Shown here one piece after another: positions 26,005-35,946 of a DNA stretch of 64,000 nucleotides (within the stretch, counting starts at the first letter, position 1; the number at the start of each line of letters is the position of its first letter). Position numbers and translations under genes: made by a program. The stretch comes from a virus. Under the pieces are notes generated by a model. The model did not search any database, was not told the origin of the DNA, and worked only from the letters and a program-made list of their open reading frames with translations. The DNA is taken from positions 11,875-75,874 of IMG/VR virus record IMGVR_UViG_3300042452_000786. One strand, given 5' to 3'.

Positions 26005-28623
26005 TCAGTCGTGTGCCTTAATTAGGACATAGCCAGGGGTGACGCCTAAGCCAGCTGCGCTTACTCTAACGCGCATCAGTGCAGCGTTGATATCAAGCAC
26101 GGTCAACTGCACCGTGCTACTAGCCACAGCGGTGAGCGGGGTGCCGATTGAATACCAGCTGGCTCCGTTGTCGTCTGAACCTTCCATCTGAAGCGCAGGG
26201 GCGGTGGTGGCAGCGCCGATGTTTACCACCAGCTGGGCGCGGTTGCCTGCGTCCCTGGTATCGAGGCTTGGCGTCGTCGAGTTTAGTGTGGTCAGCACGA
26301 TCGAGCGGTCAATCAGCTGGCGCACGGCTTCGGAGCTGTTGCTGTTCTGCAGGCGGTTGATTGCCCTGGTAAACGATGGCGTGGTGCCGCCCACGGTCTG
26401 CACATAGCGCACCCGGTTGCCGACAATCCTAATCAGCGGTGAGCGGTAGATTCCCGTGCCGGTAATCCTCGGGAAGTCGTAGACCTTGAACCAGTTGCCG
26501 CCCGAATCGTCGGATTCTTCAATCGCCACATCCAGCGTTGGCGTGCTGCCCGTGACTGCGGTGACCGGGATGCTGACGCTGTAGCTGGTGCCAAATGTCG
26601 GCGTGAATGCCGCCGTGGTCGTGGTTGTTGTCAACGCGGCTGAGGCCACATCCGCGATGATGCCCGGCAGCGCCAGGTTGGCAGAGGTGACGGCTGCAAC
26701 GGTGCCTGTGCCGATGTTGGCGGTGACGGTGCCGCTCACCGGCTGGGTGCCCAACGCACCGCCCAGCACCTGCACCGGCAGCGCATGGCTGCCAACGGGA
26801 TCGCTACTCGCTACTCGGATCTTCTGCCGTCCCTGATCCTCAATCTGAATAAATCCGGTTGTCAGTGTGGTGGTGCTGGCCGGCGCAGTGCTGCCGTTCT
26901 GCACCACGATGAACAGGTACAGCACCGTCTCAGGATCGGGGACGTTCTCGATCCTGCTGGCTCGGTTTGTCCACTGGTAACCGGTGTTACTGGCCACCAG
27001 CGCATCAGAGAATCCGGCCGTGAGTACGTCGAAGTTGATCTGCCCGACATGGCCAGGCGATGCAGTGGTGTTGATCGTGGCGGTGGTGTTGCCGCTGTTC
27101 CAGCCACGGCGCTGTGCGTCGAAGCTGGCATTGGTCGCAGTGGTGCCGCTGTACTCCAGCTGGATGTAATTCCAGCCGTACAGGGTCAGGGTGCCACTAC
27201 CGGATGCTGGCCATGCTGCAACGGTGAAGTTAACTGTGAGCCCTGAGACGCTGGCAATGGCATAGCGGCCTGGGATGCCAGCGGCGCCAGTGATTCGCGA
27301 CAGTCGGACGCCCTGGCCGACATTGGCCGCTGTGAACGGGTTGGTGGTGGGGAAAGTAACCGTGACGCTGGTGGCGCTGTTGATTGTGTAGGACAGCGCC
27401 TCGCCAATGAGATCGGCCAGCTCGTATCTGAATGTCTGGTTAGCGATCCTCTGAGACAGGATCACCTTCAGGCGTGCCAGCAATGAGCCTGAGAACGTAT
27501 CAATCGAGCGGATCACCGTTTCGCTGTTGGTGGTGGTGCCGGTCGTGATGACAAGGTTCCCGGCCGACTGGTTCACCGTCATGCCGCTGCCCGTCTGCAG
27601 CAGGGTGAACTCCTCGGCCGCTTTGCCGACGATCCCGCTACCGACTTCAGCAAAGCCAGCACGCATAAATGCCGGGGCGCTGTTGGTGACCGGCACAGGC
27701 GAGGCCCGCAGCTCGCTGTTAGTCAGTCCGCTACCGCCAGCTGGCAAAACCACCGGCAGACGGCCGCTGTCCAGTGCCGGAAGCTTCCCGTTCACTGCTG
27801 CCAGCGTCGTCTCTGTTGCGGCGCCAGTCGGAAGCGGTAGGGCACTGGCGCTTACTGGCTGCGTGGCCTGCCAGAACGTGCCAGACACCGGCACCGCCGT
27901 GGCTCGCAGCTGGACATCAGTCAGTGGGCCGGAAACCGTGGGGGTTCCACTGATAGTGACCGCAGGGGTTCCAGTGATCGAAACACTTCCACTGATCGGC
28001 TGAGTCGCCTGCCAGAACGTGCCAGACACCGGAACTGCCGTGGCTCGGAGCTGCGTGTCCGTGAGCGGGCCGCTTACGGAAACCGCTGCTGCGCGGAGTT
28101 GCGCATCAGTTAACGGTCCTGAGACTGCAGCTGTACCTGTAATTGAAACACTACCGCTGATTGGTTGCGTAACGCCGCTACCATCCACTGGCACGCGACC
28201 GCTTACCAGTGCTGGTGTTTTCCCGTCAATGCTGGTTAAACTGCTGTTACCACTTGTTTGATTGGCTGCAGTAGCTGCGCCTGTTGGCAATGGCAAACTG
28301 CTTACACTTGCCGATACAGCAGAAGCACGTAATTCCGAATCCGTAAGGCCGCCAGAACTTGTACCTTCTTCTACAAAAATCTGAAGCCTATCACCAGAAC
28401 TCATTGCACTGGTATCGTAGGTTAACGCAAGAGTTGTATTACCCCCACCAGTACTAACTGTTCCCCCTAGAGAATTAACATCAAACTCGTAAATTATAAT
28501 GTTGTCTGTTACATTTGTAATCAATAAAAACTTTTCTAACGTATACGTACCAGGAATTGTTACTGTTCCAACAGTAGAAACACCCGGCGTAAAGGTGTAA
28601 CTTGTAATCAATTTCTTAGCCAT
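26005..28623 (-). CDS. tail fibre/spike-like structural protein
   Basis: LTD.QLRA..V.VSG and TFWQATQP repeats; Thr/Ser/Gly rich. Confidence 0.75.
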   Translation of the reverse strand: MAKKLITSYTFTPGVSTVGTVTIPGTYTLEKFLLITNVTDNIIIYEFDVNSLGGTVSTGGGNTTLALTYDTSAMSSGDRLQIFVEEGTSSGGLTDSELRASAVSASVSSLPLPTGAATAANQTSGNSSLTSIDGKTPALVSGRVPVDGSGVTQPISGSVSITGTAAVSGPLTDAQLRAAAVSVSGPLTDTQLRATAVPVSGTFWQATQPISGSVSITGTPAVTISGTPTVSGPLTDVQLRATAVPVSGTFWQATQPVSASALPLPTGAATETTLAAVNGKLPALDSGRLPVVLPAGGSGLTNSELRASPVPVTNSAPAFMRAGFAEVGSGIVGKAAEEFTLLQTGSGMTVNQSAGNLVITTGTTTNSETVIRSIDTFSGSLLARLKVILSQRIANQTFRYELADLIGEALSYTINSATSVTVTFPTTNPFTAANVGQGVRLSRITGAAGIPGRYAIASVSGLTVNFTVAAWPASGSGTLTLYGWNYIQLEYSGTTATNASFDAQRRGWNSGNTTATINTTASPGHVGQINFDVLTAGFSDALVASNTGYQWTNRASRIENVPDPETVLYLFIVVQNGSTAPASTTTLTTGFIQIEDQGRQKIRVASSDPVGSHALPVQVLGGALGTQPVSGTVTANIGTGTVAAVTSANLALPGIIADVASAALTTTTTTAAFTPTFGTSYSVSIPVTAVTGSTPTLDVAIEESDDSGGNWFKVYDFPRITGTGIYRSPLIRIVGNRVRYVQTVGGTTPSFTRAINRLQNSNSSEAVRQLIDRSIVLTTLNSTTPSLDTRDAGNRAQLVVNIGAATTAPALQMEGSDDNGASWYSIGTPLTAVASSTVQLTVLDINAALMRVRVSAAGLGVTPGYVLIKAHD

Positions 28624-28799
28624 TAGCTTAAAGCAATAACAAAGGGAACGGGGTTTTTGCCAGGGGCTCCAGCTGGTCCTGTATTTCCGATATCTCCTTT
28701 AGGTCCTTGCGGTCCAGCTGTGACAACTTTGACAACTTCTGTTTGTACAGTTTTAACAAGGACGTTATTAATTGGAGTTGTTATGAGAATTGTTGTCAT
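28623..28799 (-). CDS. small collagen-like protein, 58 aa (absent from ORF track)
   Basis: GPQ GPK GDI GNT GPA GAP GKN; ATGA and TAATG overlaps with both neighbours. Confidence 0.75.
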   Translation of the reverse strand: MTTILITTPINNVLVKTVQTEVVKVVTAGPQGPKGDIGNTGPAGAPGKNPVPFVIALS

Positions 28800-29134
28800 G
28801 CTGTGTAACCCTCAGAAACGTAAAAAGTCCCTTCTAAATAATACTCTTTTCTTCCGCTTGGATTTGTTAATAGCACATCGTAGTAACACTTATCAGGCAA
28901 AGAAGTTGTTTGCGTATCTGTAAGACTAAGCAAAATTTGTCCGTTAGGTCTACTTGTATATGTGACGGTAAAATCAACGTACTTTGTTGTACGGGTCAAG
29001 TCCCAAATTTGAGATGCAACAGTCCAACCAGTTAAGTTAATGTTGGTGTTTTCTTCATCGATAAACTGCAGCGACATGTCATAAACAGCACGCCGCTGTA
29101 TGGTGTCATCAAATTTGGCTGGGTGGACCGACAT
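28796..29134 (-). CDS. fibre adaptor / BppU-N-like protein
   Basis: INLTG.TV.SQI, G.I.LSL...QT..L....YYDV.L.......YLEG...V. Confidence 0.65.
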   Translation of the reverse strand: MSVHPAKFDDTIQRRAVYDMSLQFIDEENTNINLTGWTVASQIWDLTRTTKYVDFTVTYTSRPNGQILLSLTDTQTTSLPDKCYYDVLLTNPSGRKEYYLEGTFYVSEGYTA

Positions 29135-29185
29135 ATTAAAGCTTATTAGCCACTTTTAACTACCCCAATTTTAAGTGGGAAACAT

Positions 29186-29482
29186 TTAAAAAAACACCCG
29201 CACTGGCTGTTCAGGCGTGACGACATAGACGTCCCACCCTTCAGGCAGCTCACCGATGTAGTTGACGTGCCAGCCGTTCAACAGCACGGGTGGGGTAAGC
29301 ACCTCGCCGGTCTCGGGGTCGTAGGTGCCTCCTGTGTAGATGGGGCCGATGACATCCAAGGCGTGCGTGTGGCTGGCGGTGAGCACCACGGTGTCGCCGT
29401 CTTCATTGGTGGTGGTAAGGCCAGCAGCATCCAGCGCAGCCATGCCGGTGGATTCGTCGGGGAAGCGGATGTAGTGCGTCAT
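29186..29482 (-). CDS. fibre-associated small protein
   Basis: ALDVIG.I....GWHVN....V.P..P.RVF, pattern commonly seen after spike genes. Confidence 0.6.
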   Translation of the reverse strand: MTHYIRFPDESTGMAALDAAGLTTTNEDGDTVVLTASHTHALDVIGPIYTGGTYDPETGEVLTPPVLLNGWHVNYIGELPEGWDVYVVTPEQPVRVFF

Positions 29483-30519
29483 TGCGTGATCGCCTGCAAA
29501 GTGCTGTTGGGGAGGCGCTGGGGCCAGTAGGTGAGGCGGCGGATGGTGCCGTTGAAGTATGAGCTGGATACAGTTTCAAAACCAATCCGAGCCGTAGTTA
29601 CCAAAGGCATGGATCCAGTAGCACTGGTTGCAACCGTTGATCCTGCAAGAACCACCCCAAAATCATTTACCTTGAATGCTGCGGCAGTTTTTCCTGATTG
29701 GCCGGGGGTGTAAGCATTTGTTGTAGTTGAAACTGATGAAACGCCACCGCTAACAACGTTCAGTCGGATTGTCTTTGCGCCTGGCAGCCTGTACTGCAAA
29801 CCGATGTAGTTGTTATTTGTGCCGTCGTCAAAGTACGCGGGATTGGGCCAATGGCTTCCTGTGCTTGGATCACACTTCCACTCCGCAAACACCGTCCCCT
29901 CATCCTGCCGATACCAGGAGCTGAAGTTTGCCCCCGTGATGCTGGCAACGTCCGCGCTGCGGGTGGCTGCGGCGGTGGTGGTGGGGATGTAGCTGGTGGC
30001 AAAGGCGCCGGCTTCTAGTTGGGCGCTGGTGACACTGCCTGTCACCGTCAGCGTCAACGTGCCAGCAGATGGCGTAAATGTCAGTGTTGTCCGCGCCGGA
30101 AACGCACCGCTACCAACAGCTGGGCCTGCCGTGCTTGCTCCAGAAAGTGTGACAGTCCCCGAGCCGTAAAAGGACAAGGTGTGAGCGACCGCTGTAACGG
30201 TGACTGATTGAGTCGATAGCGTTGCTGTATTCAGTAGCAGATTCGTCCTCTGCTCCTCCGGCAGCAGGCCTAGGCTTTCGCCGGTCGTGGGGTTGTGGTC
30301 AAACCTCGGCACATCCACAGCTGCCGTCTGCAGCGTTCCCGCACTGTCGATGTAGGTTGCGCTGCTGGCGCGAGTAAACGTAACTAAATTTAGACCAGTT
30401 GCAGAATCAATTAAACTTTTAGTAGACGCAAAGTTTAAATCTAGAACAGCAGATTTAAAAGTATTTGAAACAAAACTGCCAACAGCGGCGCCACGTGCAC
30501 TAGGAATTGCTAAAAACAT
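29479..30519 (-). CDS. spike/fibre protein with C-terminal lectin (LamG-like) domain
   Basis: TFTRAS.ATY, PRFDH...GLL.EEQRTNL, QLE.G.FATSYIPT..A.ATR.AD. Confidence 0.8.
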   Translation of the reverse strand: MFLAIPSARGAAVGSFVSNTFKSAVLDLNFASTKSLIDSATGLNLVTFTRASSATYIDSAGTLQTAAVDVPRFDHNPTTGESLGLLPEEQRTNLLLNTATLSTQSVTVTAVAHTLSFYGSGTVTLSGASTAGPAVGSGAFPARTTLTFTPSAGTLTLTVTGSVTSAQLEAGAFATSYIPTTTAAATRSADVASITGANFSSWYRQDEGTVFAEWKCDPSTGSHWPNPAYFDDGTNNNYIGLQYRLPGAKTIRLNVVSGGVSSVSTTTNAYTPGQSGKTAAAFKVNDFGVVLAGSTVATSATGSMPLVTTARIGFETVSSSYFNGTIRRLTYWPQRLPNSTLQAITQ

Positions 30520-30524
30520 ATTTA

Positions 30525-30929
30525 TCAGGAAGTGGTATCACCAGCAAACAAGTACTCGTTTGCAACAACGCTAATTAACGATGAAACAGAATATTGCCCG
30601 CTAGTTTTATTTGCACTGGACCTTAAACGCAAAGTGACGCCTGCACCAGCAGAAACCGCAACCTGACCTGTACCGTACTGAACAACGCTGCAGTTAAATC
30701 CAACGCCTAATCCACTTGGGATTGTTAAAGTAACTGCGGAACCGTTTGTAAAAACAATGACTTTACCGTTATCTGTTGTCTTTAAAGTATACGTTGTACC
30801 TGATTGAGTGTTAATAGCTTGCGCTGTAAACTGATAGTTATCAGCAAAAATGCCAGGAACATCAACATAGGAATTAAAAACCATTATCCCGTTGCTTGGG
30901 TTAAGTGAAACGTATCCAGAGATGTCCAT
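30525..30929 (-). CDS. short fibre-tip-like protein
   Basis: N.Q.GT.YTL...D.GK.I......V..TIP.....GF...V.Q.G.GQV. Confidence 0.65.
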   Translation of the reverse strand: MDISGYVSLNPSNGIMVFNSYVDVPGIFADNYQFTAQAINTQSGTTYTLKTTDNGKVIVFTNGSAVTLTIPSGLGVGFNCSVVQYGTGQVAVSAGAGVTLRLRSSANKTSGQYSVSSLISVVANEYLFAGDTTS

Positions 30930-30968
30930 AGTAAATTTTTATCTTGAGTCAATTTTAAAGCAAGATAA

Positions 30969-33893
30969 TCAAGCTTGTGCTTCTGTCCAGGACATACGCG
31001 CCTGGATGGAGTTAGTAGCAACTGAACTTACATTTGTTACCCTAACGGTAACCACATCTGGACCATCAGGATAAAGATTCGCAACAGTAGTAGGAACGTT
31101 AGCGTTTACGCCACCGCCAAGAATACTTGTACCTAAATCACGAACAAGAGTAAGTTCCTGTTGAACAACGGATGGAGTGTATACAAAGAATGAGAAGATG
31201 CTTTCACCGCCCGTCACAGTTGTGCCAGCTGAATGGTAGGAGACCTGTGCCAGGCTAGAGCCGCCAGCTGCCGAAAAAGTTCCGGAGCTTACCCGACCAT
31301 TGAGGATGAGTTCAACGCGGAAGATAGCAGCGGTCCCAGTAGCAGCGATGTCCATCTGGCGCAAAGTCAGCTGCATACGATTAATCAGGTCTCTTGCACC
31401 AAGAGCACCGATCAAACCAGAGTCAACGCTTGGTGCCAGGCGAACACTCATTAGAGCAACAGTACCGCTTGCAGCAATGTTAGTCAAGGCTGTTGTCATG
31501 CCAGCCTGGAATACGAATGATTTGTCGTCGTCGTAACGACCATCCATGATTACAGCGGAGCCCCAGTGCGAAAGCGTAGAAGCAAATTGCGCGGGGAAGG
31601 ATGCAACCTGTACTGGTGCAGTTGCACTATATGTAAAAGTTTGAGCTGTAGCTGCGCCGCCACCGCTGCTTAAACCACCAGAACCACTGATGTTTGTAAC
31701 AGCCCTGGTCAAACCAGTAAACGTTGTTGCTGTCTTGCTGTTGTAACGGATGTATTCAATTGCAGCACCTGTATTACCCGGCGCAGTAACAATTACAACA
31801 CCTGACTGCGGAAAGTTAGCGGTGCTTGCAACTGTAAGCGTGCTGAGTTCTGTGTTAGAAAGAGTTGCAGCTAACGTCGTAAAAAGCGGAATAGTATTGC
31901 ACTCATAACGAGAGCACATGTTGCCGGAACGCATGTAAGCTTCCGTATTACGGTTGCTGTTAGAAATGCGGTGACAATAAATGACCTCACCGTTTTGATC
32001 TTTAAAGCCGAAGCGAATTGCGCCAGCACCGTACCAGGAGTAATCGATATACATCATCTGCATCTTTGTAAGATCCAGATTGAATCCGGCGCTTCCAGTG
32101 CCGTTGCAACGATCAAGATTCCACTGAGATTGCGAATATCTTTCATCAATACGCTTACTGGCAATACAGTTTGAAACGTTTGTAGCAGAACGGTATTCAG
32201 GATAAATAACCATTGAAGTATTACTGCTAATCGATTGGACCAAATAGGTCATGCCTCGAATAACAACGTAATCACCAGGAACTAACTGCTGTGCAAATTG
32301 AGTATTTGTACCGGTTACAGAACCAGAACCGGAGTTTACTGCCAGAGTTCCAGAAAGCTGTTTCGTACTGCTCCGTTTAACGGCGTACAAGGTTTGTCCA
32401 TCAAACTCAAAAAAGAATCCGTTTTGTTCATCAAAAAGACCAATACGACTGCGAGCGCCGTACCAACCAGAAGGCGAAACAATGATAGCAGAACCTGTAG
32501 CTGTAGCAGCACTAGGAGTAGATGCTGCAGTGTAAGTAAAACTCAAGTCAGTTGGAACAGTTTGGACAAGAAACGTTCCGTTGTAAGCAGTTTCATTGCA
32601 ACCAGTAACCACAACATAGGGTCCACCTGGGACTGGATAGAGAGTTGATGTTGAGCCAGCAGCTGCAGTAATAGTTCCAGTTGGTGCGCTTCTTACATCA
32701 AACTGGAACACAGTCGGACTAAGAACAGCTTTAACTGTCCAATTGCCATTAGGAGGGTTTGTAGTCGCTGTTGTACCTGTCACAAAAACAGGGTCACCAA
32801 CAGCAAAACCGTGCGGGTTTGTCGTTGTGCAGTTGATTGTTAAACTGTTGTTGATGAATTGTGAATAGGTAAACGCCAGGCCTGCACCAGCGTTAACAGC
32901 AATGCCAGTGTCAGAGACGTAAGACGGGTTTAAGTTGTGTGGGAATTTAAGGTTGACAGTGACAGTAGCGCCAGAAGAAGTAATCGAATCTACGTTAAAT
33001 TCTGGTTTTACGCATGTACCAGTACTGAATTGAATGCCTTTACCGGACTGGTAACGGAAATAACGACGCGTTTGGCGAATCAGTTGGTTACCTGAATAAG
33101 GATAGCCAGCAGTAAAAGCAACGCCACCATCAAACGAACGATGGATAATGCTTCCGTACGGACGAGGATAAAGGTTGGTAGAACCTGCAGTGTTATTGAT
33201 TGTGCCTGTTGGAGCGTTGATTACTGCAAAAGTAAACGTATTAGATGTTGGAGTAGTACGTACAACCCACGAACCGTTAGGTGGGTTTGTTGTTGCAGTA
33301 GTGCCAACAACATAAACGGCATCACCGATGCTTAAGCCGTGGGCATTTGTTGTTGTACAGGTAATAGTTGTAGTCGAAAAAGTAAATGCAGTTGTACCTG
33401 TTAACGGAATACCCGAGCCCGTATAAAAGTTACCGCTGAAAATATACGTTTTTGTTGCGTCAAAAATTGAACCAGCACCAATTGTATTAGTTGCTACATA
33501 CGTAAAGTTCACACCAGCGCTGACAGTGTTTACTAGGAACCAACCGTCAGCCAAAGGATTGGTCGTACTCTGGACGTAAATAGGCGTACCGACTGCGGGA
33601 GGCGTGGTCGTCAGAACAGTGACAACGCGTGTGCCAGCGCCGGATACACCTGTAATGGTTAACGGTGTAGTAACGTCATAGAATGCACTGGGCCGGTTAC
33701 TTAACAGGTTCAGCGATTCCCACTTAGTTGACTGAGTGCTGTATTCAAAGTCAGTATCGATCAGTGCCTGCGGCGTAGAAACACGCAGTTTGCCCACAGG
33801 GTCCTGCAGAGTTTCACTGGGGGCAATCGGAACGGGATTATAGAAACGATCAGTCCCGTCCGGGAACATGTGCTGAAAAGATGTAGCAGGCAC
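30969..33893 (-). CDS. large virion structural protein with repeated small beta domains
   Basis: KLRVSTPQALIDTDFEY, RQTRRYFRYQSGKG, repeated TT..HG...GD.V.V.G.....NG.W.V. Confidence 0.75.
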   Translation of the reverse strand: MPATSFQHMFPDGTDRFYNPVPIAPSETLQDPVGKLRVSTPQALIDTDFEYSTQSTKWESLNLLSNRPSAFYDVTTPLTITGVSGAGTRVVTVLTTTPPAVGTPIYVQSTTNPLADGWFLVNTVSAGVNFTYVATNTIGAGSIFDATKTYIFSGNFYTGSGIPLTGTTAFTFSTTTITCTTTNAHGLSIGDAVYVVGTTATTNPPNGSWVVRTTPTSNTFTFAVINAPTGTINNTAGSTNLYPRPYGSIIHRSFDGGVAFTAGYPYSGNQLIRQTRRYFRYQSGKGIQFSTGTCVKPEFNVDSITSSGATVTVNLKFPHNLNPSYVSDTGIAVNAGAGLAFTYSQFINNSLTINCTTTNPHGFAVGDPVFVTGTTATTNPPNGNWTVKAVLSPTVFQFDVRSAPTGTITAAAGSTSTLYPVPGGPYVVVTGCNETAYNGTFLVQTVPTDLSFTYTAASTPSAATATGSAIIVSPSGWYGARSRIGLFDEQNGFFFEFDGQTLYAVKRSSTKQLSGTLAVNSGSGSVTGTNTQFAQQLVPGDYVVIRGMTYLVQSISSNTSMVIYPEYRSATNVSNCIASKRIDERYSQSQWNLDRCNGTGSAGFNLDLTKMQMMYIDYSWYGAGAIRFGFKDQNGEVIYCHRISNSNRNTEAYMRSGNMCSRYECNTIPLFTTLAATLSNTELSTLTVASTANFPQSGVVIVTAPGNTGAAIEYIRYNSKTATTFTGLTRAVTNISGSGGLSSGGGAATAQTFTYSATAPVQVASFPAQFASTLSHWGSAVIMDGRYDDDKSFVFQAGMTTALTNIAASGTVALMSVRLAPSVDSGLIGALGARDLINRMQLTLRQMDIAATGTAAIFRVELILNGRVSSGTFSAAGGSSLAQVSYHSAGTTVTGGESIFSFFVYTPSVVQQELTLVRDLGTSILGGGVNANVPTTVANLYPDGPDVVTVRVTNVSSVATNSIQARMSWTEAQA

Positions 33894-33956
33894 TGGCTTA
33901 CTATTAATCTAGGCTGTTTAAATTCTAGCAGCGTTGTCAATTAAGCAGAAATTCTT

Positions 33957-34412
33957 TTAGCAACCAAGGTTAGATTTAAGCAGCCATTGGAATTTTTTGT
34001 GCGCACGCGCCCGCTCTACTGCCAAATCAAGAGTTAGGTCATCGCCAATAGCACCAGCTTGCTTTGCAATTTCAGCAAATTTATCTGCTAACAGATCAGA
34101 GTTTGCTGCCAGTGTGCCGATCAAACCTTCCTGATCAAAGCAGTCGTCTGGAACAGCAGGAAGTGTGGAATAGTTGAGGTCTTCAACTGTTTTAGGAGCA
34201 GCAATATCCAAAGAACGAAGATGCTCAGCGATTGCATCAAGGCCATCTTGAAGCTCTTCATACATTGACTCCGTCAGTTTATGGATTGAGTAGAACTTAC
34301 AGCCGATTAAATTCCAGTGCACAATATACGTCTGATTAAGCAAGTAAGACGTATCACGCAATGCTTGCACCAATGCAATGTAGCAACCTGTTTTTTTGTC
34401 TGTTTTAGCCAT
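33957..34412 (-). CDS. dps: Dps-family ferritin-like protein
   Basis: HWN..G..F..IH...E..Y.E.....D.IAE..R, H.K..W.L. Confidence 0.88.
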   Translation of the reverse strand: MAKTDKKTGCYIALVQALRDTSYLLNQTYIVHWNLIGCKFYSIHKLTESMYEELQDGLDAIAEHLRSLDIAAPKTVEDLNYSTLPAVPDDCFDQEGLIGTLAANSDLLADKFAEIAKQAGAIGDDLTLDLAVERARAHKKFQWLLKSNLGC

Positions 34413-34417
34413 AAGTG

Positions 34418-34717
34418 TCACCATTTTTCACGATTAGCCCAATATGCAGCTGAACCTTTGCCTTTAGCAATGTTTTTAGCATGTCGAGCTTTAAAACTTG
34501 CACGTTTTTGTTTCATGCGTTCAGACTCACCTTCTTTAGGTTTGCCTGCTGTTTCTGCACCTTGCTCCCCAAACCGAATGATCTTTTCGCCGCCAGTGAC
34601 ATCTTTCCCGCACGCTTTAACAACATGAGATTTGGTGGGATGCCCTGGAGTGCGGACAGGTTTATTGCACTGCATGTGTGCTTTGGATAGCTTTTTTGCT
34701 TTAGCTCGATCAGACAT
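34418..34717 (-). CDS. small basic conserved phage protein
   Basis: CNKP.RTP.HPTKSHVVKAC, KIIRFG.QG, SFKARH..NI.KG..SAAYWA...W. Confidence 0.75.
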   Translation of the reverse strand: MSDRAKAKKLSKAHMQCNKPVRTPGHPTKSHVVKACGKDVTGGEKIIRFGEQGAETAGKPKEGESERMKQKRASFKARHAKNIAKGKGSAAYWANREKW

Positions 34718-34719
34718 TG

Positions 34720-34908
34720 TCAGACCTTGATTACCCCACGGGCTACTTTGTCATTAACACTGTCAGGAACTTCACCCTTTGTTAACTGATCGAACCCAGA
34801 CGGAATCCGTCCCTTCTGCAAGGAATCAATGCTGTCGATATAGTTAGCAAGAAAAACCGTTGAGTCGCGTTTAGCTTGCGATCCATCCGATGTAGGAATC
34901 ACTGGCAA
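34720..34908 (-). CDS. hypothetical protein
   Basis: 62-aa ORF filling the gap. Confidence 0.45.
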   Translation of the reverse strand: MPVIPTSDGSQAKRDSTVFLANYIDSIDSLQKGRIPSGFDQLTKGEVPDSVNDKVARGVIKV

Positions 34909-35281
34909 TGTACGGAATAGCCGCGTCAGTTTGCGGTAGCTTTATGGAACAAGGTTTTTGCTCCATCCATTGCTTTAGTTTACCAAGCCTCTCCTCCGAG
35001 TAACAGGGATGGCTGTCTGTATACCAGACTTCAAGAAGAGTCGACGCTTTCGACTTGTTGCAGTTTGTACAACAACAAGCTAGGTTGTTTTTTACGTTAT
35101 GACCACCTCTATGTTTTGGTAAGATATGGTCAATCGTAGCCGTACCTTCGCTTAATTGTTTATCGCAGTAAGCACATTTCCATTGCCACTCTTCAAAGAT
35201 GTGCTGTCTGAATTTTCGACGCGCAAGCTTAGGACTGAGAACAATAAGATTTGCTAAAAGGTCTTGCTCACAGTGGAACAT
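34871..35281 (-). CDS. HNH endonuclease (McrA-like)
   Basis: CAYC...ATIDHI.P..RGG....NL..CC..CN..K. Confidence 0.85.
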   Translation of the reverse strand: MFHCEQDLLANLIVLSPKLARRKFRQHIFEEWQWKCAYCDKQLSEGTATIDHILPKHRGGHNVKNNLACCCTNCNKSKASTLLEVWYTDSHPCYSEERLGKLKQWMEQKPCSIKLPQTDAAIPYIASDSYIGWIAS

Positions 35282-35351
35282 GTCTGTCATGCATCCATGA
35301 CAAAACTGTATGGTGCATACACCTGCCTTTTGCGCTATGCTTTTGTCGCCA

Positions 35352-35435
35352 GGGAGCATGGCGGAATTGGTAGACGCAGCGGATTTAAAATCCGCAGGCG
35401 GCAACGCTGTGGGGGTTCAAGTCCCCCTGCTCCCA
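35352..35435 (+). tRNA. trnL: tRNA-Leu(UAA), intron-less, no encoded CCA
   Basis: Acceptor GGGAGCA/TGCTCCC, anticodon arm GCGGA-TTTAAAA-TCCGC, long variable arm, GTTCAAGTC. Confidence 0.95.
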
Positions 35436-35437
35436 TT

Positions 35438-35510
35438 GCTGGATTAGCTCAGTGGTCAGAGCACTCGCCTTGTAAGCGAGGGGCCGTCAGTTCAAATCTG
35501 ACATTCAGCT
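35438..35510 (+). tRNA. trnT: tRNA-Thr(UGU), no encoded CCA
   Basis: Acceptor GCTGGAT/ATTCAGC, anticodon arm CTCGC-CTTGTAA-GCGAG, GTTCAAATC. Confidence 0.95.
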
Positions 35511-35737
35511 TAATCAATCAAAGCGGAGATGTCGTTGCAATCTTCCGCTGGGTCATATTCAGCATCCTCTAGTAGCTTCAGTAAGAAGTAGTGGAGTTTG
35601 TCTGTAACCCAGCGTAAATCTTCATCGCTGACATTGCAAACGATGGCATTAAGACGAATTTCGCGGGAGGGTTCACGAATGTAATCAGCGATTAGCTCAA
35701 GCGCTCGATAACGACCTTTCGTAAACTCTCCCAACAC
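35510..35737 (-). CDS. hypothetical protein
   Basis: 75-aa ORF, tightly packed. Confidence 0.55.
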   Translation of the reverse strand: MLGEFTKGRYRALELIADYIREPSREIRLNAIVCNVSDEDLRWVTDKLHYFLLKLLEDAEYDPAEDCNDISALID

Positions 35738-35738
35738 C

Positions 35739-35942
35739 TCAAAGAACCTCGCTGATTGCTTCTGCTTCGTTCATTTTTTGTTCCTCTTTCTGGAAAATTT
35801 CCAGCAGCTCCAAAGCACCTTGAACTTTTAAGTACCCTTCTTTAAGAGCAAAAACATTAGTTTCGGCTTGGCGAATTTGGTTGGCAAGGTCAGCCAGTTG
35901 CTCTTTGAGCTTGGGACCCATTTCTTTGATGATTGCTTCCAT
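35739..35942 (-). CDS. small coiled-coil protein
   Basis: LKE..LKVQGALE.LE pattern. Confidence 0.6.
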   Translation of the reverse strand: MEAIIKEMGPKLKEQLADLANQIRQAETNVFALKEGYLKVQGALELLEIFQKEEQKMNEAEAISEVL

Positions 35943-35946
35943 GAGA

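Noticed and set aside
35264-35572. ORFs across the tRNA pair
   Set aside because: Fully explained by two canonical tRNAs.
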